DNA from: a virus | Lineage: Duplodnaviria; Caudoviricetes | DNA length: 36,850 bases | Strand: one strand, 5' to 3' | IMG/VR virus record: IMGVR_UViG_3300027627_000014 | Coordinates: 1-36,850 of that record | Shown: piece after piece, positions 9,228 through 16,103 of the stretch | Numbering within the stretch: position 1 is the first letter of the stretch | How the letters are laid out: every line of letters begins with the position of its first letter | Program-made: the position numbers and the translations under genes | Notes under the pieces: generated by a model | The model's database searches: none | The model's input: only the letters and a program-made list of their open reading frames with translations | What the model was told of the DNA's origin: nothing

Positions 9228-9413
9228 TCAAGCTCCATCGCCGGCCACGAACAATTCAAGGTCGTTTATTGCGTCCAACTCGTTCGCGACGCTGGGATAT
9301 AGCGGTGAATCGACTTGCAGCGTCACCGTTTCGCCGTCGTCGATCGACACAAACGCAACGCGAGTTTCGTCACCGATCAACAAAATCTGTCCAACCTTAA
9401 TCTGCAAAAACAT
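9228..9413 (-). CDS. Degenerate CsrA-like protein (61 aa)
   Basis: MFLQIKVGQILLIGDETRVAFVSIDDGETVTLQVDSP aligns by eye to the CsrA beta-strands. It lacks the conserved N-terminal (L-T/S-R) and C-terminal (R44-equivalent) arginines and is acidic. Confidence 0.55.
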   Translation of the reverse strand: MFLQIKVGQILLIGDETRVAFVSIDDGETVTLQVDSPLYPSVANELDAINDLELFVAGDGA

Positions 9414-9633
9414 CTCGATTCCTTTCGATGGTTTTTCGTCCGATGTCCGCGACGTCTTCGGGTCCAGTTTGAATCTTCGGGCATGTGCCGACCAGTTCAT
9501 CGCGGGCGATGTGCATGGATTTTGGAGCTTCGATCCCAAGCCGAACCTTGTTTGGACTGATGCGGCAAACAGTGATGACGATGTCATCGCCGACCATAAT
9601 TCGCTCACCAACTTCACGCGAAAGTACCAACAT
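9397..9633 (-). CDS. csrA: Carbon storage regulator CsrA/RsmA-family RNA-binding protein
   Basis: MLVLSREVGERIMVGDDIVITVCRISPNKVRLGIEAPKSMHIARDEL is a canonical CsrA fold sequence. Confidence 0.92.
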   Translation of the reverse strand: MLVLSREVGERIMVGDDIVITVCRISPNKVRLGIEAPKSMHIARDELVGTCPKIQTGPEDVADIGRKTIERNRDVFAD

Positions 9634-9635
9634 AG

Positions 9636-9677
9636 CTCGACTCCCTTCGAGGAAAACCGGCCCCGCATCCGTGCGGG
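9636..9677 (-). promoter_or_regulatory. Two CsrA-type binding hairpins in the csrA leader
   Basis: CCCGC-ACGGAT-GCGGG (9662-9677) and CTCGA-AGGGAG-TCGAG (9636-9651, contains the RBS); both have ANGGAN hexaloops. Confidence 0.7.
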
Positions 9678-9708
9678 TATGAGGCTTCGTGCCACGCCGG
9701 CGTTGTTG

Positions 9709-9781
9709 TTCGGAGCCGGCCTGCAACAAGCAGGCCGGCGTCACTCTCCACCGCCGCTCACCTCCCCAGGCTCGCGGCAGC
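9709..9781. repeat. 73-bp perfect direct repeat, copy 1 (structured)
   Basis: Identical to 9856-9928; contains the GCCGGCCTGC-5nt-GCAGGCCGGC hairpin. Confidence 0.95.
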
Positions 9782-9856
9782 TAGTAGTCCAACCGAGACT
9801 CGAACTCGGAAAAGCCCTATCACGGACTCGCAAGCTACCGCTACCACACTTGGACT
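9782..9856 (-). tRNA. Degenerate tRNA / tRNA-like element (anticodon ambiguous, possibly GAT)
   Basis: Acceptor stem AGTCCAA/TTGGACT, discriminator A, then CTA; perfect T-arm CCGAG-TTCGAGT-CTCGG; D-loop-like TAGCGGTAG. The D-stem is weak and the anticodon arm non-canonical. Confidence 0.6.
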
Positions 9857-9928
9857 TCGGAGCCGGCCTGCAACAAGCAGGCCGGCGTCACTCTCCACCG
9901 CCGCTCACCTCCCCAGGCTCGCGGCAGC
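9856..9928. repeat. 73-bp perfect direct repeat, copy 2
   Basis: Identical to 9709-9781. Confidence 0.95.
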
Positions 9929-9933
9929 ACACA

Positions 9934-10110
9934 TCAAACCACTTTCGGACGCTTAGCATCCGCCATGACCTGCCGCAGATGCTCGGCCTGCTCCGACTGG
10001 TACATCTGCCTCGTGCTCGACTCGTCGGCCTTCTCGTAGGCCCTGTCTTCAGCGTTGTGCGCGGCGTCGTGATCGACCTGGACGCCATCGGTGTTGTACG
10101 GCCATGCCAT
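9934..10110 (-). CDS. Hypothetical acidic protein (58 aa, absent from the ORF track)
   Basis: Translated by hand: MAWPYNTDGVQVDHDAAHNAEDRAYEKADE...RPKVV; GGAG RBS 7 nt upstream. Confidence 0.6.
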   Translation of the reverse strand: MAWPYNTDGVQVDHDAAHNAEDRAYEKADESSTRQMYQSEQAEHLRQVMADAKRPKVV

Positions 10111-10226
10111 TGATTTGCTCCGAAGTTAAAGGCCGCCAGCGCGGCGAGTGGTCCGGTGATTGGTCGGAGCCGCGCCAGCGGAAGTGGACGCTGTTTGAAT
10201 GAGCAGCAGGGGGACGCTCTTCTAAT

Positions 10227-10251
10227 GCCGCAAGCCCGCGTTTGCGGGCTG
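10227..10251. repeat. Intergenic hairpin H2' (25 bp identical to 13583-13607)
   Basis: GCCGCAAGCCCGCGTTTGCGGGCTG occurs twice, each time just after a small gene's stop. Confidence 0.85.
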
Positions 10252-10263
10252 GCGGCGGGCGGC

Positions 10264-10467
10264 TCAGTATGCAGAGCCGCAAGTATTGCCGCGATATTTT
10301 CCGCAGGCCCGCTTGAACGTCGCGAACGACTTGCCGCTCCGAGTGAAGTCCTGGTGAATCGTGACCACCGGGTTATCTTGGATCACGTCTTGGTTAATTG
10401 ACAGAACCGGGTTCCCGTCGCGAGCGGCAATTTGGATGGCTTCGGCGAGTTTGTATTTGCGGACCAT
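10264..10467 (-). CDS. Hypothetical small basic protein
   Basis: ORF between promoter P3 and hairpin H2'; GGAA RBS. Confidence 0.6.
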   Translation of the reverse strand: MVRKYKLAEAIQIAARDGNPVLSINQDVIQDNPVVTIHQDFTRSGKSFATFKRACGKYRGNTCGSAY

Positions 10468-10509
10468 TTTTCGTTTCCAAGTTCGAGGTCAGGTGGTTTG
10501 CGTTTGTCT

Positions 10510-10560
10510 GGTCGAATCTTACCAACGTCAGCAAGTCCCGTCCAGCTAGTTATCGACAAT
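10510..10560 (-). promoter_or_regulatory. Promoter P3 (-10 TAAGAT with shared ACTTGCTGACGTT box)
   Basis: Shares ACTT(G/A)CTGACGTT...TAAGATTC with the 13833-13910 and 14514-14591 elements. Confidence 0.55.
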
Positions 10561-10595
10561 TTATGGAAATCTCTTTAACAAATCGGCGAAAGCCG

Positions 10596-10838
10596 CTATT
10601 TCTTCGGCGTTTTCAGCGTCTTTTTTCTTTTGGCTTCGGCCAATTTCTTCGCTTCGATGTTGCGAATCCGAGCCATCGCACCCTTTCGGCCTCGCTCGGC
10701 GAGTTGCTCCGGCGTCTGAGCCGCAGCGGACGCCCGGCCCATCGCGGCCAGGTGCTCGCGGCGTTGAGCCGGCGTGCGGTTGGCCCAACCGATAGCCTGC
10801 ATCTCGGACGCGGTGAGGTGTTTCTTTCGCAAGATCAT
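10596..10838 (-). CDS. Small basic protein with a KGG-like motif (MILRKKHLTASEMQ...)
   Basis: AAMGRAS...QLAERGRKGA resembles KGG-type repeats; Lys-rich tail; ATGA-coupled to the methyltransferase. Confidence 0.6.
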   Translation of the reverse strand: MILRKKHLTASEMQAIGWANRTPAQRREHLAAMGRASAAAQTPEQLAERGRKGAMARIRNIEAKKLAEAKRKKTLKTPKK

Positions 10839-11833
10839 GTTTCAAATTCCTCGTGTGAGAACAACGACCGCTCTTGTGTTTTCTTTTTTGTTTCCTCGCT
10901 CGCGAGATGTCTGCAAGCGGCCTCGAAATATGAGTCCTTCAACTCAACGCCGACAAACTTCCTGCCACGCCGCAACGCCCCAACGCCTTCGCTTCCGATT
11001 CCGGCGAACGGCGACAACACAATATCACCAGGATTTGACCACAATTCAATCGCTCGTTCGATCAGCCCGATCTGAAGCGGACAGATATGCCGCTCATCAC
11101 GATCCGTGCGAGCGTGCTTGAAATTCAGCACGTCCATTTGGTCGATATCCCACCATACCGGCTCAGCGTAGCGTTGCCAGATTGCGAGTGCAGGATCGCG
11201 GCTTGGTGTCCGTGAGAAACGCGATGGATGGTCAGGCTGGTTTTCAAGTCGCGGGTCTTCGGTGCCGACGTAGTTAGTGATTCCGTTCGGCCTCACGATC
11301 GGCTTGTCACTCATCAGCGTCCCGAATGGCGGCTTGCGAAACGTCAACAGGTAGTCGGCCATACCTTGCCGCACCTGCGACGAGTCCCGCTTGATTGTCT
11401 TGTGCAAAAGTCCGTTGTTGTTCGTTCGCTCACGCTCAATCACCGGGCACTTCCATACCGTGACTCGCGAATGATATGACCATCCGAACTTCTCAAATGC
11501 CCGAATGATGTCGCCAGGGAAATCGAAGAGTCCTGTCGTCTCGTCGCGGTTGGCGTACTTCGGCAGGTCTTTGCAGTGGACCGAGCACAACCGGCCAACG
11601 ACTGTCACGCGGAACAACTCCGCAATCAGAAACTCGTAATGCCGAATGAATTCCTCAGTGCTGGCACAGTTCCCCATGTCGGCTTCTGAGTCTGAATAAA
11701 TGAACAAATTCGCGAACGGTGGTGAGTGGACACCGTAGTCAATAGAGCAGTCTGGTAACTGCCGCACAACATCCACGCAGTCGCCATGAAACATCGTCCA
11801 ATCTTGTCCGTGCTGTTCGTTGATCGCTTTCAT
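10835..11833 (-). CDS. DNA methyltransferase, N4C/N6A beta class
   Basis: HGDC, motif IV SPPF near the N-terminus, HICPLQ, and motif I LSPFAGIGSEG near the C-terminus. Confidence 0.9.
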   Translation of the reverse strand: MKAINEQHGQDWTMFHGDCVDVVRQLPDCSIDYGVHSPPFANLFIYSDSEADMGNCASTEEFIRHYEFLIAELFRVTVVGRLCSVHCKDLPKYANRDETTGLFDFPGDIIRAFEKFGWSYHSRVTVWKCPVIERERTNNNGLLHKTIKRDSSQVRQGMADYLLTFRKPPFGTLMSDKPIVRPNGITNYVGTEDPRLENQPDHPSRFSRTPSRDPALAIWQRYAEPVWWDIDQMDVLNFKHARTDRDERHICPLQIGLIERAIELWSNPGDIVLSPFAGIGSEGVGALRRGRKFVGVELKDSYFEAACRHLASEETKKKTQERSLFSHEEFET

Positions 11834-11839
11834 CGCAGA

Positions 11840-13231
11840 CTAGCCTTTCGTTTGAAGCCACTTTGGAATTTTTACAGTCTTCGCAGGTTCGTAAACCCGC
11901 AACGTAGTCGAACCGATTCCGAGTTCCTCTTTCATTCCCGCTTGCATCCGCCCGGCCATCTCGCGTTGCATCTCTTGATGCTGTTCCTGTTTTCTTCGCA
12001 CGGTCTCGACGATTGATTCCTCGCGGTCGGTGCGGACAACGTGAGCCTCAACTGGCTGCGTTTGGCCGAATCTCCAGAGTCGGCGGATCGCTTGATACCA
12101 ACGCTCGTAGCTGTAGCCAGCGAACCACGTCGTTTTGTGGCAGTGCTGCCAGTTCATTCCGAACCCGCCGATCTCCGCCTTTGTGATGATGACTCGAATT
12201 CGGCCATCGGTGAAATCACGCAAGCGAATCTCTTTCTGTTGGTTCGATTGCGAGCCACGCACCTCGCAGGCGTCGGGAATGCGTTTCAGCAATGCGTCGG
12301 CCTCATAGTCTGTGTCGCACCACACCGCCCAAAAATCAGAGTCTCCGTTGACGAGTGCCGCGACTTGATCCGCTCGCTCGTTCAACGCGGCCCGTTTCTC
12401 GCGATGTACATTCGTCGCTGAGATTAGTTCGGTCGGTTGAAACAGATACCCGGCCGGCACGAGGCAATCAACGATGTGCTCTTGCAGCCTCAGCGGCGGC
12501 AGCTCGTAGCGACTTCCGTCGAACCCAAGATCGCTCGGCGATGAAATGCACACTGCCCATGAGGCTACCCAACGCCAGAATTCCTCTTCGCCATGCTTCC
12601 GAAGTCGGTACGCTCCAACCTTGTCACCAGCATTCACAAACCACCTGGCGAGCATCTCATTGCTCGGCATCACTCCAAGGAACTCCGCGTGATTGCCGAG
12701 TTCCATTCTGTCATTCGGGGCAGGCGTTGCGGTGCAGGCGAGTCGATATTGAGTGTCCGCGAATTGCTTAACGAGTGCCTGTTTTGTTTTCCCGGTGTAG
12801 GATTTCAAAACGCTAGACTCGTCCAGCACAACGCCGACGAACTTCGTCGAATCGAAGTGGTGGAGCTTCTCATAATTCGTGATCGTGATACCGTTGCCAA
12901 CGTCCGCTTGCGTCTCGCAGACTTTACACGGTGTCGCAATCGCGAACTTCTCAGCCTCGCGGATCGTCTGCCATTGGACCGCGAGCGGACATAACAGTAG
13001 TACGTTTCCGCCAGTGTGCTGGCAAACCTGAGACGCCCATTCGAGTTGCTGAAGAGTTTTGCCGAGTCCGCAGTCCTCGAACAACGCCGCACGACCAACT
13101 CGTAACGCCCACCGAACAATTAACCGTTGCCAATCGAACAGCGATTGATTGATCGAGTCGTCGGTCACGTCAAAACCGTGCCGCAACGCTCGGACGTGTT
13201 TCGTGGCCATGAAGTCTTGATACGAATTCAT
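11840..13231 (-). CDS. SNF2-like SF2 helicase (methylase-associated phage type)
   Basis: DCGLGKT, LDESS, ACTATPAPND, GFGMNWQ and YQAIRRLWRFGQ motifs. Confidence 0.9.
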   Translation of the reverse strand: MNSYQDFMATKHVRALRHGFDVTDDSINQSLFDWQRLIVRWALRVGRAALFEDCGLGKTLQQLEWASQVCQHTGGNVLLLCPLAVQWQTIREAEKFAIATPCKVCETQADVGNGITITNYEKLHHFDSTKFVGVVLDESSVLKSYTGKTKQALVKQFADTQYRLACTATPAPNDRMELGNHAEFLGVMPSNEMLARWFVNAGDKVGAYRLRKHGEEEFWRWVASWAVCISSPSDLGFDGSRYELPPLRLQEHIVDCLVPAGYLFQPTELISATNVHREKRAALNERADQVAALVNGDSDFWAVWCDTDYEADALLKRIPDACEVRGSQSNQQKEIRLRDFTDGRIRVIITKAEIGGFGMNWQHCHKTTWFAGYSYERWYQAIRRLWRFGQTQPVEAHVVRTDREESIVETVRRKQEQHQEMQREMAGRMQAGMKEELGIGSTTLRVYEPAKTVKIPKWLQTKG

Positions 13232-13238
13232 CGCAGTG

Positions 13239-13279
13239 TTTCCTCGTTCAGCCCGCCGCGCGATTGCGGCGGGCGGGTG
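13239..13279 (-). repeat. Intergenic hairpin plus RBS H1' (paralogue of 14231-14270)
   Basis: Minus strand CACCCGCCCGCCG-loop-CGGCGGG-nn-GAACGAGGAAA in both copies. Confidence 0.8.
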
Positions 13280-13288
13280 CGTGGTGGG

Positions 13289-13534
13289 TTATTTGGCTGC
13301 GAACGCTTTGCCACGCCTGGCGACTTCGTCCCAAGCAGCACGATCACGCTCTTGTTGACGCAATCCGTTGAGACAATCGACCGCCCATTCCTCGACCTCT
13401 TCGAGATCGGTTTCGGCGTCTTCGGGAATGCGTCGTGCCTGTCGATACAGGCCGTCTGTCACAAGATCGTTGATCGTTGCGGTGTTGCTCGACGCAAGGT
13501 GGTCTCTCAGCTTCATCGCGATGGAATCCATCAT
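13289..13534 (-). CDS. Hypothetical protein
   Basis: Helical 81-aa ORF with GGAG/GAGAG upstream. Confidence 0.65.
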   Translation of the reverse strand: MMDSIAMKLRDHLASSNTATINDLVTDGLYRQARRIPEDAETDLEEVEEWAVDCLNGLRQQERDRAAWDEVARRGKAFAAK

Positions 13535-13582
13535 GTTCTCTCGTCTCCGGTTAGTGGTTCGGTTGGCTGCGTGTCTTCAAAC

Positions 13583-13607
13583 GCCGCAAGCCCGCGTTTG
13601 CGGGCTG
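13583..13607. repeat. Intergenic hairpin H2
   Basis: Identical to 10227-10251. Confidence 0.85.
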
Positions 13608-13628
13608 TTGGCTGGGTGCGGGTGGTGG

Positions 13629-13793
13629 TTACTCAGGAATCTTTTCGTTCGCCATCGAGTAAGCCTTGATCGGCTTGACGGCCAGCGTCAGGTCGTGCTT
13701 TTTGGAAAACAACTGAATGGCACGCTTTTTCGTGCCTGCGATTTGGCTTCCAATTTGTCCGATTGCGTCGTGAATCAGGTAGAGTTGTTTCAT
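13629..13793 (-). CDS. Hypothetical protein (54 aa, absent from the ORF track)
   Basis: Translated by hand: MKQLYLIHDAIGQIGSQ...MANEKIPE; AAGGGGA RBS; directly after promoter P2. Confidence 0.6.
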   Translation of the reverse strand: MKQLYLIHDAIGQIGSQIAGTKKRAIQLFSKKHDLTLAVKPIKAYSMANEKIPE

Positions 13794-13832
13794 TTCGTTT
13801 CCCCTTGCGGTTGGAGTCAGTTGGTTTCGATT

Positions 13833-13910
13833 GGTGAATCTTAGCCGCTAACGTCAGTAAGTAAACCGATAAATCGGCATTCGGTAAAGAATTCTTGAGA
13901 TTGGTCGCGG
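13833..13910 (-). promoter_or_regulatory. Promoter P2 (78-bp repeat)
   Basis: 71/78 identical to 14514-14591; TTTACT...TAAGAT sigma70-like hexamers. Confidence 0.7.
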
Positions 13911-13987
13911 CCTGCCGGAGAGTCCGGCGGCCGGTTGGCCCAGCCAATAGCCTGCATCTCGGACGCGGTGAGGTGTTTCTTTTTCAT
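13841..13987 (-). pseudogene. Truncated paralogue of the 10596-10838 gene
   Basis: MKKKHLTASEMQAIGWANR then diverges and runs into promoter P2; 13932-13982 is 49/51 identical to 10777-10827. Confidence 0.65.
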
Positions 13988-13992
13988 GGGGT

Positions 13993-14223
13993 CTACTCCG
14001 CTACAGTGGTGACTGTGATCGTCAAAGAATTTATGTCGAATCGCGTCGTGTCAATCTCTCCGTCAATCGCTCCGGCCAGCCGGCAGTCGTAGGCGATCTC
14101 GAAGACGTTGAACTGGCTCGGCTGCATCATTGACCGCTTTCCAGACACGATCTCGACCGCTCCAGATTCATCGGTGACGCGGTAGCCGTTGCGGTGTGGC
14201 GTGATCTTGTAGGTCGCTGGCAT
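13993..14223 (-). CDS. Hypothetical protein
   Basis: GAGGAAAGAG RBS after hairpin H1. Confidence 0.65.
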   Translation of the reverse strand: MPATYKITPHRNGYRVTDESGAVEIVSGKRSMMQPSQFNVFEIAYDCRLAGAIDGEIDTTRFDINSLTITVTTVAE

Positions 14224-14230
14224 GATTCTC

Positions 14231-14270
14231 TTTCCTCGTTCGACCCGCCGGAGAGTTCGGCGGGCGGGTG
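14231..14270 (-). repeat. Intergenic hairpin plus RBS H1
   Basis: Paralogue of 13239-13279. Confidence 0.8.
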
Positions 14271-14283
14271 GATTCGGTGCGGA

Positions 14284-14478
14284 TTAGGCTCGCAGGTCGT
14301 CGTAGAGTTTGCCGATCATCGCGTTGGTGTTCTCGACTCCGCAGACTTCTTTCATCGCGTCCACAGCGGACATTCCCGCGTCAACCAGCGTCTTGATGCA
14401 GACTGAGAAAACCAAGTTCTTGTCCGTCGTTCCGAGCAGCGTTGCGACTTGGTTCAGTTGGTTGGTCGTAATCATCAT
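14284..14478 (-). CDS. Hypothetical small helical protein (MMITTNQL...)
   Basis: AAAGGAA RBS; first gene after promoter P1. Confidence 0.65.
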   Translation of the reverse strand: MMITTNQLNQVATLLGTTDKNLVFSVCIKTLVDAGMSAVDAMKEVCGVENTNAMIGKLYDDLRA

Positions 14479-14513
14479 TCGTTCCTTTGGGTTAGTGGTT
14501 TCGTTCGCGTCTG

Positions 14514-14591
14514 GGTGAATCTTAGCCGCTAACGTCAGCAAGTAAACAAACAAATCGGCATTCTGAAAAGAATTCTTGAGATTGTTCGCGG
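14514..14591 (-). promoter_or_regulatory. Promoter P1 (78-bp repeat); late/early boundary
   Basis: Paralogue of P2; begins right after the end of the late operon. Confidence 0.7.
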
Positions 14592-14597
14592 TTCGAA

Positions 14598-15542
14598 TCA
14601 CTGATCCGCGTGCCACCACGTCACGTCGCACGCTCCGCAGCGGTGCGTGTGGTTCGGCCCGCTGCCGTTGGCGATGGCGTACTGCGTCCGACCGCATGAC
14701 GGGCAGGCGTGGCCGGCGTGCTGTGTGATTGTGCGATCGACCGCTGGAACAAACGGGAGAGCAGACGCGGCACCCCCGGCCCGATGCGGCTTTGGTGTCC
14801 GCGTTGCCTTCCATCGCTGCGAGAAGTCTTTGACTCCTGACCATCCAGTCGTTTGCCGAGTGTTGGCCACGTCGGCTTGCGTCGGTTGCTGGCCGCTAAC
14901 GTGCCACCAGAACGCGGGGCGGGACGTCAGCCAGGCCGGAGCGGCTTCGTCGCGCCACACCACTCGGAACGGCAGGTCGGTTGCAGCGGCAAGCTCGCGG
15001 CGAGCGACGACGCATGGCTGGCAACCGACCATTGAATACGCGAACACCTCCGGCAGTTCGCTCGGCGTTGCGGCTGATCCAGCGTCGTCTTCAGCCAGCC
15101 ATTTGAAACGATAAGTGCCCAGTGATGTTTTCGCAGAACCGTCACCGCTCGGACGCAATGTGACAACTGACAGCGCGGGGCTGACTTTCCATCCTAACAC
15201 TTTTGCCGTCACGCTTGGCAGCGGCTTGGCGAACGTGAACGTGCCGAGGTCGTCGGCGAACTGATAGCTGACCTTCGCACCGGCTGGCACGTTGACCGTG
15301 ACGGCGTCCTGCTCGATCGTTGTCGCGTTGGCCACGGTGATCGTGTTCGACGTGCCGAGCCACCCAGCGATCTCAGCGAACGCATCAGGCGAGGCACTGA
15401 CGGCGATTGACGGCGTATCAATCGGGACAGGCTCGACAATCACGTCTCCGCCGTCGTCCACGATGTCGGCGTTGATCGGCGACATGCAGCCGGCAATCAG
15501 GCTCGCCAGCAGCCACGACAGTTTCAGTAGTGTCAGTCGCAT
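14598..15542 (-). CDS. Lipoprotein with thioredoxin/glutaredoxin-like CxxC domain and C-terminal Cys/His zinc ribbon
   Basis: Signal peptide with LIAGC lipobox; VFAYSMVGCQPC...SRPAFWW resembles the Trx fold with its cis-Pro; HACPSCG...HTHRCGACDVTWWH at the C-terminus. Confidence 0.65.
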   Translation of the reverse strand: MRLTLLKLSWLLASLIAGCMSPINADIVDDGGDVIVEPVPIDTPSIAVSASPDAFAEIAGWLGTSNTITVANATTIEQDAVTVNVPAGAKVSYQFADDLGTFTFAKPLPSVTAKVLGWKVSPALSVVTLRPSGDGSAKTSLGTYRFKWLAEDDAGSAATPSELPEVFAYSMVGCQPCVVARRELAAATDLPFRVVWRDEAAPAWLTSRPAFWWHVSGQQPTQADVANTRQTTGWSGVKDFSQRWKATRTPKPHRAGGAASALPFVPAVDRTITQHAGHACPSCGRTQYAIANGSGPNHTHRCGACDVTWWHADQ

Positions 15543-15567
15543 GATCGGTTCTCCAAGTGATGCTCAC

Positions 15568-15771
15568 TCAATACACGCAAATCACTTCCATTGTGTTTTT
15601 CTTGTCGCGAGTGTCCCAGCCTTCTCCGTTCGGGTAGACCGACTGAAATTCAAGTGCCGCTCTTTCAAACTCTGGCTTGCCATCCTCTCCGGCAGCAACA
15701 ACGACATCGGGGTCTCCGCCGATGATGGCCCACATTTCCTCGAATCGTGCCATAAATTCTGATGCCTTCAT
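15568..15771 (-). CDS. Hypothetical protein (MKASEFMARF...)
   Basis: ATGA coupling to the upstream gene. Confidence 0.55.
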   Translation of the reverse strand: MKASEFMARFEEMWAIIGGDPDVVVAAGEDGKPEFERAALEFQSVYPNGEGWDTRDKKNTMEVICVY

Positions 15772-16103
15772 TGCCACCCCAGCCACTCTTTCAGCATTTT
15801 CCACCACTGCCACAGCAGCGGAATCAAACTCAGCGCGAGCATGATTGGAAAGCCGTTTGCTTGCTCGAACTCTTCCGCATCCATCGCTTCGACCCGCTTG
15901 TGAACTCGCCTCGTGGCCGCCTTGCAGTAGCGGCGCACCTCGTCCCCTGAACTGCCGAACGGCAGAAACTCCATCGCGTCATCATGCAGCCGATCGAACG
16001 CGAACGCCGCCGCCTTGGCCTTCTGGTCGTCGGATGCGGACGAGAATTGCGGGAAGAGTTGCATCTGAGCCACGCACGCTGTCACCGCTTCGTGTCGGTC
16101 CAT
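15768..16103 (-). CDS. Hypothetical protein with C-terminal membrane anchor
   Basis: TAATG coupling; GFPIMLALSLIPLLWQWWKMLKEWL hydrophobic/amphipathic tail. Confidence 0.65.
   Translation of the reverse strand: MDRHEAVTACVAQMQLFPQFSSASDDQKAKAAAFAFDRLHDDAMEFLPFGSSGDEVRRYCKAATRRVHKRVEAMDAEEFEQANGFPIMLALSLIPLLWQWWKMLKEWLGWQ

Noticed and set aside
9709-9928. Repeat-spacer-repeat as a mini CRISPR array
   Set aside because: The 73-bp repeats and 74-bp spacer are far too long, there are only two copies, no cas genes are present, and the spacer is tRNA-shaped.
9214-10113. 299-aa plus-strand ORF with an internal duplication
   Set aside because: It is antisense to csrA, the tRNA-like element and a small ORF; the duplication merely reflects the 73-bp DNA repeat with its 147-bp period.
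13633-14844. ORF-track proteins sharing NLKNS..NADL.VYLLTLAAKIH (13633-13947 and the 5' extension of 14284-14844)
   Set aside because: The shared peptide is just the translation of the duplicated promoter P1/P2; better starts with RBS lie downstream of the promoters.
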